Assembly: GCF_963921235.1 (NCBI RefSeq)
Contig: NC_086108.1
Coordinates: 115,508,001-115,572,000, forward strand
Length of the DNA stretch: 64,000 bases
Direction of reading: 5' to 3'
Source of the DNA: Mobula hypostoma
Taxonomy: Eukaryota
In this document: one piece after another, positions 12,570 through 25,020 of the stretch
How positions within the stretch are numbered: position 1 is the first letter of the stretch
Layout of the letters: each line of letters begins with the position of its first letter
Translations under genes and position numbers: made by a program
Notes under the pieces: generated by a model
What the model saw: only the letters and a program-made list of their open reading frames with translations
Told to the model about the DNA's origin: nothing
The model's database searches: none

Positions 12570-13015
12570 CTGGTGGCAGCATTTCAGATACCGACAAGGA
12601 GGTGAACAGCAGTGAGACAGATCAGCTGGTTGAGTGGTGTATTCAATGTCAGCAAGAGCAGGAAAGTGAGTGTGCACTTCATGATTGGGAAGCTGAGGGG
12701 CACATGCCAGGTCAGTAGTACAATGGGTGAGCTCTTTTAAGATCCAGATATCAACACCTCTGAAGATCCATCCTGGCCTAACATACTGTTGTAATTACGA
12801 GGAGGACATGCCAGCGGATATAGTTCTAAGCAGTTAAAGGAGATTTGGTATTTCAAATGTACGGTGGATAGCATTGTAAATGGTTACATCACCGTCTGGA
12901 ATGGAGGCACTAAAGCGCAGGATTGGAAAGAGATGCAGAGGGTTGAAAACTCACCAGGTGTATGATGGGTGCGAGCCTCCCCACCATCGAAGGCACTGGA
13001 AAAACTCAATGCCTG
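12570..13015 (+). mobile_element. Old Rex1/Babar fragment
   Basis: Decayed version of the sequence at 9050-9550 (gatcagctggttgagtggtgt, tacggtggatagcatt, atcaccgtctgg). Confidence 0.55.
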
Positions 13016-13226
13016 AATGAAGTAAGTGGGAATTTGTCATGAGCCACCCGGAAGCTGCCTGGCCAGATCAGATCCCGAGCATTGTTGGAGTGGCTCTGAA
13101 TTTCCAGCGACTGCAGAATCTCCAGTGCTGATAATAAATCTGATGCTGAATCTAATGCTCACAGCCCTTGTCAACACACCCAGTCATTTCAAAAAAGAAA
13201 ATCAGATAAAAAAATCTGTAATGAAT

Positions 13227-14687
13227 CATAGAAACATAGAAACATAGAAAATAGGTGCAGGAGTAGGCCATTCGGCCCTTCGAGCCTGCACCGCCATTTA
13301 TTATGATCATGGCTGATCATCCAACTCAGAACCCAGCCTTCCCTCCATACCCCCTGACCCCTGTAGCCACAAGGGCCATATCTAACTTCCTTTTAAACAT
13401 AGCTAATGAACTGGCCTCAACAGTTTGCTGTGGCAGAGAATTCCACAGATTCACCACTCTCTGTGTGAAGAAGTTTTTCCTAACCTCGGTCCTAAAAGGC
13501 TTCCCCTCTATCCTCAAACTGTGACCTCTCGTTCTAGACCTCCCCAACATCGGGAACAATCTTCCCGCATCTAGCCTGTCCAATCCCTTTAGGATCTTAT
13601 ACGTTTCAATCAGATCCCCCCTCAATCTTCTAAATTCCAACGAGTACAAGCCCAGTTCATCCAGTCTTTCTTCATATGAAAGACCTGCCATCCCAGGAAT
13701 CAATCTGGTGAACCTTCTTTGTACTCCCTCTATGGCAAAGATGTCTTTCCTCAGATTAGGGGACCAAAACTGCACACAATACTCCAGGTGTGGTCTCACC
13801 AAGGCCTTGTACAACTGCAGTAGTACCTCCCTGCTCCTGTACTCGAATCCTCTCGCTATAAATGCCAGCATACCGTTCGCCTTTTTCACCGCCTGCTGTA
13901 CCTGCATGCCCACTTTCAATGACTGGTGTATAATGACACCCAGGTCTCGTTGCACCTCCCCTTTTCCTAATCGGCCACCATTCAGATAATAATCTGTTTT
14001 CCTATTTTTGCCACCAAAGTGGATAACTTCACATTTATCCACATTAAATTGCATCTGCCATGAGTTTGCCCACTCACCCAACCTATCCAAGTCACCCTGC
14101 ATCCTCTTAGCATCCTCCTCACTGCTAACACTGCCACCCAGCTTTGTGTCATCCGCAAACTTGGAGATGCTGCATTTAATTCCCTCATCCAAGTCATTAA
14201 TATATATTGTAAACAACTGGGGTCCCAGCACTGAGCCTTGCGGTACCCCACTAGTCACCGCCTGCCATTCTGAAAAGGTCCCGTTTATTCCCACTCTTTG
14301 CTTCCTGTCTGCTAACCAATTCTCCACCCACACCAATACCTTACCCCCAATACCGTGTGCTTTAAGTTTGCACACTAATCTCCTATGTGGGACCTTGTCA
14401 AAAGCCTTTTGAAAATCCAAATATACCACATCCACAGGTTCTCCCCTATCCACTCTACTAGTTACATCCTCAAAAAATTCTATGAGATTCGTCAGACATG
14501 ATTTTCCTTTCACAAATCCATGCTGACTTTGTCCGATCATTTCACCGCTTTCCAAATGTGCTGTTATCACATCCTTGATAACTGACTCCAGCAGTTTCCC
14601 CACCACCGACGTTAGGCTAACCGGCCTATAATTCCCCGGTTTCTCTCTCCCTCCTTTTTTAAAAAGTGGGGTTACATTAGCCACCCT
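13227..14687 (-). mobile_element. Young CR1 LINE, 5'-truncated, with an uninterrupted RT domain (ORF 13326-14684)
   Basis: PGNYRPVSLTS, YLDFQKAFDKV, GVPQGSVLGP, KFADD motifs; (ATAGAAAC)n tail. Confidence 0.97.
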
Positions 14688-14744
14688 GAGCCATCACTGA
14701 GAATCCCTGACACTCCCCAGAACAAACATCATTGACAATAATCG

Positions 14745-16768
14745 ATCCCTCACTGACTACCCCTCATCACTCACTGACTACCCCTCATCCCTCACTGACT
14801 ATCCCTCATCCCTCAATGACTACCCCCATCCCTCACTGACTACCCCTCACCCCTCACTGACTATTCCTCATCCCTCACTGACTACCCCTCATCCCTCACT
14901 GACTATCCCTCATCCCTCACTGACTATCCCTCATCCCTCAATGACTACACCTCATCCCTCACTGACTACCCCTCATCACTCACTGACTATCCCCATCCCT
15001 CACTATCCCTCATCACTCACTGACTATCCCTCATCCCTCACTGACTATCCCCATCCCTCACTGATTATCCCTCATCACTCACTGACTATCCCTCATCCCT
15101 CACTGACTACCCCTCATCACTCACTGACTATCCCTCATCCATCAATGACTACACCTCATCCCTCACTGACTACCCCTCATCACTCACTGACTATCCCCAT
15201 CCCTCACTGACTATCCCCATCCCTCACTGACTACACCTCATCCCTCACTGACTATCCCCATCCCTCACTGACTATCCCTCATCCCTCACTGACTACACCT
15301 CATCCCTCACTGACTACACCTCATCCCTCACTGACTATCCCCATCACTCACTGACTATCCCTCATCACTCACTGACTATCCCCATCCCTCACTGACTATC
15401 CCTCATCCCTCACTGACTACCCCTCATCACTCACTGACTATCCCCATCACTCACTGATTATCCCTCATCCCTCACTGACTATCCCTCATCCCTCAATGAC
15501 TATCCCTCATCCCTCAATGACTATCCCCATCACTCACTGATTATCCCCATCCCTCACTGACTACCCCTCATCACTCACTGACTACCCCTCATCCCTCAAT
15601 GACTATCCCTCATCCCTCACTGACTATCCCTCATCACTCACTGACTATCCCTCATCACTCACTGACTACTGCTCATCCCTCAATGACTATCCCTCATCAC
15701 TCACTGACTATCCCTCATCCCTCACTGACTATCCCTCATCCATCAATGACTACCCCTCATCACTCACTGACTATCCCCATCCCTCACTGACTACTGCTCA
15801 TCCCTCACTGACTATCCCTCATCCCTCACTGACTATCCCTCATCACTCACTGACTACCCCTCATCACTCACTGACTATCCCCATCCCTCACTGACTATCA
15901 CTCATCCCTCAATGACTACCCCTCATCCCTCACTGACTACCCCTCATCACTCACTGACTACCCCTCATCCCTCACTGACTACCCCTCATCACTCACTGAC
16001 TACCCCTCATCCCTCAATGACTATCCCTCATCCCTCAATGACTATCCCACATCATCCCTCACTAACTGTGAGGAAGGGAGGAGAGATATTTGAATAATAT
16101 CGTATTTGTTAAATAGGCGCTGTGCACAATCCTGATTTGATGGAGACAGACGTGAGGAGCACGGAGGAACACCTGGAGAAACTTCTGAAATGTCTGCTTC
16201 GCTGCTGTTGCTACTGTGCGATTGAGAATCTCCGGAGGGGAAGGCCCCAGATCCTCGGCTTTGCCTATTGCTGGGGCCGGGATAAAGTGCTCGGCAGAGA
16301 TGGTGCTCGGTGTCGGAGGCTTGAAGTTTTTAGATGGACTCAGAGTCGGACTGTGGTCGGGTGCTTCCAGGGTGCTGCATCGGCAAGCTTGTGGCGCTGG
16401 AAGTTCATGGCAGGGAGAGAGTTTCTCCTCCTTCTACCATCTGCGTGAGATGATGGGACTTTCGAGAGACTTTGAGACCTTTTTTTACCGTACCCATGGT
16501 CTGTTCTTCATCAAATTATGGTACTGCTTTGCACTGTTGTAACTATATGTTATAATTATGTGGTTTTTGTCAGTTTTTTTAGTCTTGGTTTGTCTTGTGT
16601 TTCAGTGATATCATTCTGGAGGAACAAATTGCATCATTTCTTAATGCATGCATTACTAAATGACAATAAAAGAGGACTGCATGTCCTCATAATCTAATCT
16701 AATCTAACTATCCCTCATAGTCCCTCATTGACTATCCCTCATCCCTCATTGACTATCCCTCATCCTCT
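14745..16768. repeat. 21/20-bp minisatellite (cctcatccctcactgactatc), interrupted at 16068-16703
   Basis: More than 60 directly visible copies; the array resumes after the insertion. Confidence 0.95.
16068..16703 (+). mobile_element. Non-coding retroposon (SINE-like or long LINE 3'UTR) with (AATCT)n tail
   Basis: AATAAA followed by an (AATCT)3 tail; CTAACT duplicated at 16062-16067 and 16704-16709. Confidence 0.75.
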
Positions 16769-17356
16769 GCATTTATAGATGCATCTATTTACTCAGAGTG
16801 TTGTCTGGTTTTATTTGCCAGTTTTTATGAGATCGACAGCTCAGATTTGAAACTGTAAGCCTTCTCTCTTGCTCTGGTAACACACTTCAAACAAATGCCA
16901 TCAATGCTCTCGCCAAAGTTCAAACACTTAAAATATTCTTTAAATCACCAATTTAGCTGGAAGTTTCTGAGTCAGCTGTTCCTGTCATTCGGGCAGATGG
17001 GGCGCGTCAACTCTGTTTGGCAGCTCATCCAGGAGCAGAAAAGCTCTGATCTCAGCGTCCGCTGCCTTGCGACTATGCCCACTCATGGGGAAGGGTTAGG
17101 AGTTAACCCTGAGGGAAAATGCAGAGCTGCAGTCCCTAAGTCAGTCTGTTGAGTTCAATCTGACTGGCAACTTCGGTGATGCCGCTGGTGCCAAACTGTA
17201 TCGGTCTCTGCCATTTCTTTGGGTTCATCATCTGCGTGGAGTGGAGAACCTGCTTTATGGACAGCAGCTCGCTCTCCGTATACAACTACGCTGGCCTGAG
17301 CAGCAACCATGGTTGACCCCGCTTTTCCTTGTCAGTTGGTGCACCTCAGCTGGTTT

Positions 17357-17500
17357 GAGAGAGATAGAGAGAGAGAGGTCGATAGATAGAGAGAGAAAGG
17401 GAGAGAGAGAGTGAGAAAGTGAGAGAGAGAGAGAGGGAGAGAGTGAAAGAGAGAGAGGGAGAGACAGTGAAAGAGAGAGAAGGGAGAGAGAAGAGAGAGT
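17357..17500. repeat. (GA)n-rich microsatellite
   Basis: Directly visible. Confidence 0.9.
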
Positions 17501-17841
17501 GATATCAGTGCCACTGGTATTCTCCATCATTCCCACACATTCTGACCAGAAGCAGAAGGTTTATCCATCCACAGCAAATGGAACACCACTCAGTTCGCTC
17601 TGTTCCTTCTACTGAAGTGTCAGCCTGTGAATTCCAGTCACTCAGATTAGTAAATCTCTCCAGGAAAGCACTTATGCATCCGGTATCATTAAGGCTCCTG
17701 TCTTGTTCTGCAAAGATCAGCGTTCCTGCTTTCTGAGCACGGCTTGTTGGCTCATCACTGGACAGTGATTTCCTCTGACTGATTGATTTGTCAGTCTGCT
17801 CAGGAAAACAACAACCTTTGTGCAAACCAGTTCACCCACAT

Positions 17842-19724
17842 TCTATGTATGATAATACGGGGTGTCTCAGTCTGTGTATGATAATACGGGGTGTCTCAGT
17901 CTGTGTATGATAATATGGGGTGTCTCATTCTGTGTATGATACAGGGTGTCTCATTCTGTGTATGATAATACGGGGTGTCTCAGTCTGTGTATGATACAGG
18001 GTGTCTCATTCTGTGTATGATAATACGGGGTGTCTCAGTCTGTGTATGATACAGGGTGTCTCAGTCTATGTATGATAATACGGGGTGTCTCAGTCTATGT
18101 ATGATAATATGGGGTGTCTCAGTCTGTGTATGATAATACGGGGTGTCATTCTGTGTATGATAATACGGGGTGTCTCATTCTGTGTACGATAATACGGGGT
18201 GTCTCAGTCTGTGTACGATAATACGGGGTGTCTCAGTCTGTGTATGATACAGGGTGTCTCATTCTGTGTATGATAATACGGGGTGTCTCAGTCTGTGTAT
18301 GATAATATGGGGTGTCTCAGTCTGTGTATGATACAGGGTGTCTCATTCTGTGTATGATAATATGGGGTGTCTCAGTCTGTGTATGATAGTATGGGGTGTC
18401 TCAGTCTGTGTATGATAATACGGGGTGTCTCAGTCTGTGTATGATACAGGGTGTCTCAGTCTATGTATGATAATATGGGGTGTCTCAGTCTGTGTATGAT
18501 AGTATGGGGTGTCTCAGTCTGTGTATGATAATACGGGGTGTCTCAGTCTGTGTATGATACAGGGTGTCTCAGTCTATGTATGATAATACGGGGTGTCTCA
18601 GTCTATGTATGATAATACGGGGTGTCTCAGTCTGTGTATGATACAGGGTGTCTCAGTCTATGTATGATAATACGGGGTGTCTCAGTCTGTGTATGATAAT
18701 ACGGGGTGTCTCAGTCTGTGTATGATAATACGGGGTGTCATTCTGTGTATGATAATACGGGGTGTCTCATTCTGTGTATGATAATATGGGGTGTCTCAGT
18801 CTGTGTATGATAATATGGGGTGTCTCGTTCTGTGTATGATAATATGGGGTGTCTCAGTCTGTGTATGATAATATGGGGTGTCTCGTTCTGTGTATGATAA
18901 TATGGGGTGTCTCAGTCTGTGTATGATAATACGGGGTGTCTCAGTCTGTGTATGATAATATGGGGTGTCTCAGTCTGTGTATGATAGAGGGTGTCTCAGT
19001 CTGTGTATGATAATACGGGGTGTCTCAGTCTGTGTATGATACGGGGTGTCTCATTCTGTGTATGATAATACGGGGTGTCTCAGTCTGTGTATGATACAGG
19101 GTGTCTCAGTTTGTGTATGATAATACGGGGTGTCTCAGTCTGTGTATGATAATACGGGGTGTCTCAGTCTGTGTATGATACAGGGTGTCTCATTCTTTGT
19201 ATGATAATACGGGGTGTCTCAGTCTGTGTATGATACAGGGTGTCTCATTCTGTGTATGATAATACGGGGTGTCTCAGTCTGTGTATGATAATACGGGGTG
19301 TCTCAGTCTGTGTATGATACAGGGTGTCTCATTCTGTGTATGATAATACGGGGTGTCTCAGTCTGTGTGTGATACGGGGTGTCTCATTCTGTGTATGATA
19401 ATACGGGGTGTCTCAGTCTGTGTATGATACAGGGTGTCTCATTCTGTGTATGATAATACGGGGTGTCTCAGTCTGTGTATGATAATACGGGGTGTCTCAG
19501 TCTGTGTATGATACAGGGTGTCTCATTCTGTGTATGATAATACGGGGTGTCTCAGTCTGTGTGTGATACGGGGTGTCTCATTCTGTGTATGATAATACGG
19601 GGTGTCTCAGTCTGTGTATGATAATACGGGGTGTCTCAGTCTGTGTATGATAATATGGGGTGTCTCAGTCTGTGTATGATAATACGGGGTGTCTCATTCT
19701 GTGTATGATAATACAGGGTGTCTC
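17842..19724. repeat. 29/26-bp minisatellite (tctgtgtatgataatacggggtgtctcag)
   Basis: About 65 near-identical units with no spacers; 26-bp variants are interspersed. Confidence 0.97.
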
Positions 19725-19992
19725 GGTAGTCCAACAGTTAGTGCAATGCTTTTACCCATTGGGACATCAGAGTTGAAAATTGAAATTTGCATACAAACGG
19801 AAAGTTTTGTTATGTTTCTTCCTGTGTGAAAGCGGATTTCCTCCAGCGTCTACGGTTTCCTCCCAAGTCCAAAGGTGAACCGGTTAGTAGGTGAAAGGTG
19901 ACTGTAAATTATCCTGCGATGAGGTTGGGGTTGAATTGGGGGTTTGCAGGCTGGTGTGTCTCGTTGGGTTGGAAGATCCTGTTCCACACTGT
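19725..19992 (+). mobile_element. Degraded V-SINE/HE1-like SINE
   Basis: Head gttagtgcaatgctttta, core ggatttcctcc...cggtttcctcccaagtccaaag, LINE-like tail cctgttccacactgt. Confidence 0.6.
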
Positions 19993-20044
19993 AAGTAAGA
20001 AAATAGATTTATAATATTTACATGTTTCACATGAATAGAGACCC

Positions 20045-20345
20045 CAAATTTACTGGGAATCTGAGGATGCATCATGATATGTTTACCATAAATTCAGGGA
20101 TGGATAACTGCCAGGATTACTGCGAATCTGGGAAGGGATCGCTACCGTCATTACCCAGAAAATGATCCCTGCCACGTTTACTGGAAATCCAGGGAACTGA
20201 TCCCTGCCATATTTACCATGAACCGATGTCTGATCCATGCCATGTGTTCTGGGAATCTGGGAGGCTGATTCCTGCCAGAGTTACCAGGAATTCAGGGATG
20301 GATCCCTGCTGAAATGACGGGGATTCCAGGGTCCGATCCGTGCCG
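20045..20345. repeat. Old degenerate ~33-bp tandem repeat (tttactggaaatccagggaactgatccctgcca)
   Basis: Recurrent gatccctgc and aattcaggga motifs at a roughly regular spacing. Confidence 0.6.
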
Positions 20346-21387
20346 GGGTTGCAAGCAGATGGTGCCAGTGAACAATGCTATCAAAGACGAGATCACAAAG
20401 CTACTCCTTTCACATCTATTTAATTTCAGCTGGGGCTGTGCTACTGTTAGAGCCTGTTATCCATATTCTGGTGATATATCTTCAGGCTGGTCAGGTGATC
20501 TGGTGCTTTGCTCTTGCTGAGAGTGTTCGATGAGGCTCTTAGCAAAGCGTGTGGCGTGGATGCCAGGAAGCCTGGAGACAGGACGTGAGCCTGTGATTGA
20601 CTCCATCTCTTGCCGATCTTGCCAATTAGAGCACCTGGGAAGATTGAAATCATCGAGGCGAGTGCAGAGAGCAAGCGAGTAGCGGCGTCTACCAGCTCTC
20701 TCTGGCTGCTGTTGGAGGAGGACATCTCTCTCAACCTCTTGCTCGCTGCTCACGAAGGAAGGTCCTAGCATTGCGTGATCACTCTCTCCCCTTCGATACT
20801 GCCAGGGGACGGTATCACAGCAAAGTTTTATTGATGTGGTTTGGGGATTGTGGACTCTGTTTCATGTTTATGATGTGTCCTAGTTTCTGGTCGCTCTCTT
20901 TTTTTGGGTGAATTTTGAATCAGGGAGGCGTGCAGATAATGAATATTGAGCTAAACTGAAATTTGTCTTTTGATTTTGTCATGGAGTAATAGAGGATTAT
21001 GGCACAGAAACAGGCCTTTCTGCCCATCTAGTCCATGCTGTAACCATTTAAATGGCCTACTCCCATTTGACAGTGGGGTGGGAACTGGAATGAAGGCACT
21101 TAGGATAGGACGGATGGTGTATCAGTGCTTTAGGGATGAGAAATCACAAAGGGCAGCAAATACAGCACTCAAAGTGTTATGTCTCAATGCGCAGAGCACA
21201 AGAAATAAGGTGGATGATCTTGTTGCACTATTACAGATTGTCGAATATGATGTGGCCATCACTGAATCATAGCTGAAGGATGGTTGTAGATTGGGAGCTG
21301 AATGTCCAAGGTTACTCATTGTAACAGAGGGATAGGATGGTTGGCAGAGGGGGAGGTGTGACTCTGTTGATAAAGAATGGTAACAAA

Positions 21388-21934
21388 TGCAGTTTTGGTC
21401 CCCTAATCTGAGGAAAGACATCTTTGCCATAGAGGGAGTACAAAGAAGGTTCACCAGATTGATTCCTGGGATGGCAGGTCTTTCATATGAAGAAAGACTG
21501 GATGAACTGGGCTTGTACTCGTTGGAATTTAGAAGATTGAGGGGGAATCTGATTGAAACGTATAAGATCCTAAAGGGATTGGACAGGCTAGATGCAGGAA
21601 GATTGTTCCCGATGTTGGGGAGGTCCAGAACGAGGGGTCACAGTTTGAGGATAGAGGGGAAGCCTTTTAGGACCGAGATTAGGAAAAACTTCTTCACACA
21701 GAGAGTGGTGAATCTGTGGAATTCTCTGCCACAGCAAACTGTTGAGGCCAGTTCATTGGCTATGTTTAAGAGGGAGTTAGATATGGCCCTTGTGGCTACA
21801 GGGGTCAGGGGGTATGGAGGGAAGGCTGGGTTCTGAGTTGGATGATCAGCCATGATCATAATAAATGGCGGTGCAGGCTCGAAGGGCCGAATGGCCTACT
21901 CCTGCACCTATTTTCTATGTTTCTATGTTTCTAT
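21388..21934 (+). mobile_element. Young CR1 LINE 3' portion
   Basis: ORF 21387-21836 QFWSPNLRKD...GGKAGF; (TTTCTATG)n tail; AAAT on both flanks. Confidence 0.95.
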
Positions 21935-22851
21935 AAATTAGTAGAAAGGTAGCATCAAATCAGTGACATAGGTTTGGAAGATGTCGAATCAATGTGGGTT
22001 GAGTTAAGAAACTGCAAGGGTAAAAGGACCATGATGGCTGTTAAATACAGACCTCCCAATAATTATGGCAGTCATGGGAAATTATAACATGCAGATCTGT
22101 TGGGAAAACCAGGTTGGAAATAGATCTCAAGAGAGCGTTTGTTGAATGCCTACAATTTGGATTTTTAGAGCAGCTTGTCGTTGAGCCTACAAGGGGACCA
22201 GCGACACTGGATTATATAATGTAATGAACTGGAGGCAATTAGGGAGCTTAAGGTAAAGGAACCCTTAGGAGTCAGTGATCTCAATATGATTGAGTTCAAC
22301 TTGAAATTTGATAGGGAGAAAGTGAAGTCTGAAATAGCAGTATTTCAGTGGAGTAAGGGAAATTACGGTGGTATAAGAGAGGAATTGGCCAAAGTAAATT
22401 AGAAGGAGCTGCTGGTAGCGATGACAGCATCAGAGCAGCAATGGTGTGTGTTTCTGGGAAAAATGAGGAAGGTGCAGGATAGATGTATTCCAAAAATGAA
22501 GAAATACTCAAATAGAAGAATAGTACAACCGTGGCTGACAAGGGAAGTCAAAGCTAATGTAAAAACAAAAGAGATGGCATACAACAAAGCAAAAGTTAGC
22601 AGAAATATAGAGAACTGGGAAGATTTTAAAAACCTACAGAGAGTAACTAAAAGAATCATTAGAAGGAAAAAGATGAAATATGAAAACAAACTCGCAAACA
22701 ACATCAATGTGGATAGTAAAAGCTTTTTTAAGTATATAAAAAAATAAAAGAGATGAGAGTGGATATAAGACCACTAGAAAATGAGGCCAGAGAAACAATA
22801 ACAGGGGACAAGGAGATGGCAAATGAACTAAATGAGCATTTTACATCAGTC

Positions 22852-24912
22852 AACACACGTCAAAGTTGCTGGTGAATGCAGCAGGCCAGGCAGCATCTCT
22901 AGGAAGAGGTACAGTCGACGTTTCAGGCCGAGACCCTTCGTCAGGACTAACTGAAGAAGAAAGAGTTAGTAAGAGATATGAAAGTGGGAGGGGGAGGGGG
23001 AAATCCAAAATGATAGGAGAAGACAGGAGGGGGAGGGGTGGAGCCAAGAACTGGACAGGTGATAGGCAAAAGGGATATGAGAGGATCATGGGACAGGAGG
23101 TCCGGGGAGAAAGACGGTGGGGGGGAGCCCAGACGATGGGCAAGGGGTATAGTCAGAGGGACAGAAGGAGAAAAAGGAGAGTGAGAGAAAGAATGTGTGT
23201 ATAAAAATAAATAACGGATGGGGTGTGATGGGGAGGTGGGACATTAGCAGAAGTCTGAGAAGTCAATGTTCATGTCATCAGGTTGGAGGCTACCCAGATG
23301 GAATACAAGGTGTTGTTCCTCCAACCTGAGTGTGGCTTCATCTTTACAGTAGAGGAGGCCGTGGATAGACATGTCAGAATGGGAATGGGATGTGGAATTA
23401 AAATGTGTGGCCACTGGGAGATCCTGCTTTCTCTGGCGGGCAGAGCGTAAGTGTTCAGCAAAGCGGTCTCCCAGTCTGCGTCGGGTCTCGCCAATGTATA
23501 GAAGGCCACATTCGGAGCACCGGACGCAGTATATCACCCCAGCCAACTCACAGGTGAAGTGTCGCCTCACCTGGAAGGACTGTTTGGGGCCCTGAATGGT
23601 GGTAAGGGAGGAAGTGTAAGGGCATGTGTAGCACTTGTTCTGCTTACAAGGATAAGTGCCAGGAGGTAGATCAGTGGGGAGGGATGGGGGGGATGAATGG
23701 ACAAGGGAGTCGCGTAGGGAGCGATCCCTGCAGAAAGCAGAGAGAGTGGGGGAGGGAAAGATGTGCTTAGTGGTGGGATCTCGCTGGAGGTGGCAGAAGT
23801 TACGGAGAATAATATGTTGGACCCAGAGGCTGGTGGGGTGGTATGTGAGGACAAGGGGAACCCTATTCCTTGTGGGGTGGCGGGAGGATGGAGTGAGAGC
23901 AGATGTACGTGAAATGAGGGAGATGCGTTTAAGAGCAGAGTTGATGGTGAGGAAGGGAAGCCCCTTTCTTTAAAAAAGGGGGACATCTCCCTCGTCCTGG
24001 AAAGAAAAGCCTCATCTTGAGAGCAGATGCAGTGGAGATGGAGGAATTGCGAGAAGGGGATGGCATTTTTGCAAGAGACAGGGTGAGAAGAGGAATAGTC
24101 TAGATAGCTGTGAGAGTCAGTAGGCTTATAGTAGACATCAGTGGATAAGCTGTCTCCAGAGACAGAGACAGAAAGATCTAGAAAGGGGAGGGATGTGTCG
24201 GAAATGGACCAGGTAAACTTGAGGGCAAGGTGAAAGTTGGAGGCAAAGTTAATAAAGTCAACGAGCTCAGCATGCGTGCAGGAAGCAGCGCCAATGCAGT
24301 CGTCGATGTAGCGAAGGAAAAGTGAGGGACAGATACCAGAATAGGTTTGGAACATAGATTGTTCCACAAAGCCAACAAAAAGACAGGCATAGCTGGGACC
24401 CGTACAGGTGCCCATAGCTACACCTTTAGTTTGGAGGAAGTGGGAGGAGCCAAAGGAGAAATTATTAAGAGCAAGGACTAATTCCGCTAGACAGAGCAGA
24501 GTAGTGGTAGAGGGGAACTGATTAGGTCTGGAATCCAAAAAGAAGCGGAGAGCTTTGAGACCTTCCTGATGGGGGATGGAAGTATATAGGGACTGGACAT
24601 CCATGGTGAAAATAAAGTGGTGGGGGCCAGGGAACTTAAAATCATCGAAAAGTTTAAGAGCGTGAGAAGTGTCACGAACATAGGTCGGAAGGGATTGAAC
24701 AAGGGGGGATAAAACCGTGTCGAGGTATGCAGAAACGAGTCCGGTGGGGCAGGAGCAAGCTGAGACAATAGGTCGGCCAGGACAGGCAGGTTTGTGGATC
24801 TTGGGTAGGAGGCAGAAACGGGAAGTCTGAGGTGTGGAAACTATAAGGTTGGTAGCAGTGGATGGGAGATCCCCTGAGCAGATAAAGTCGGTGATGGTGT
24901 GGGAGATGGTGG
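22852..24912 (-). mobile_element. Penelope-like element (RT plus GIY-YIG endonuclease), 5'-truncated and frameshifted
   Basis: RT motifs LPKIHK..PGRPIVS, MDVQSLYTSI, GVAMG, FLRYIDD, YYKPTDSH; GIY-YIG VIYCVRC..LYIGETRRRLGDRFAEH; 9-bp TSD ACATCAGTC at 22843-22851 and 24913-24921. Confidence 0.95.
22913..22948 (-). ncRNA. Minimal type I hammerhead ribozyme in the Penelope terminus
   Basis: Minus strand reads AGUC-CUGACGA-AGG(GUCUCGG)CCU-GAAA-C-GUC-GACU: complete core, stem I AGUC/GACU, stem II AGG/CCU, GUC cleavage triplet. Confidence 0.8.
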
Positions 24913-25020
24913 ACATCAGTCTTCACTGTGGAAGACATTAACAGTACGCCAGATGTTGAAGGGTGTTAGAGAAGAGAAGTGAGTGCATTTACTATTACAA
25001 AGGGAGAAGGTGCTCAAAAA

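Noticed and set aside
11740..12570. Very old LINE-like fragments
   Set aside because: Too degraded to assign a family or boundaries by eye.
17842..19724. CRISPR-like array (29-bp repeats)
   Set aside because: The repeats are head-to-tail with no unique spacers, there are no cas genes, and the context is vertebrate.
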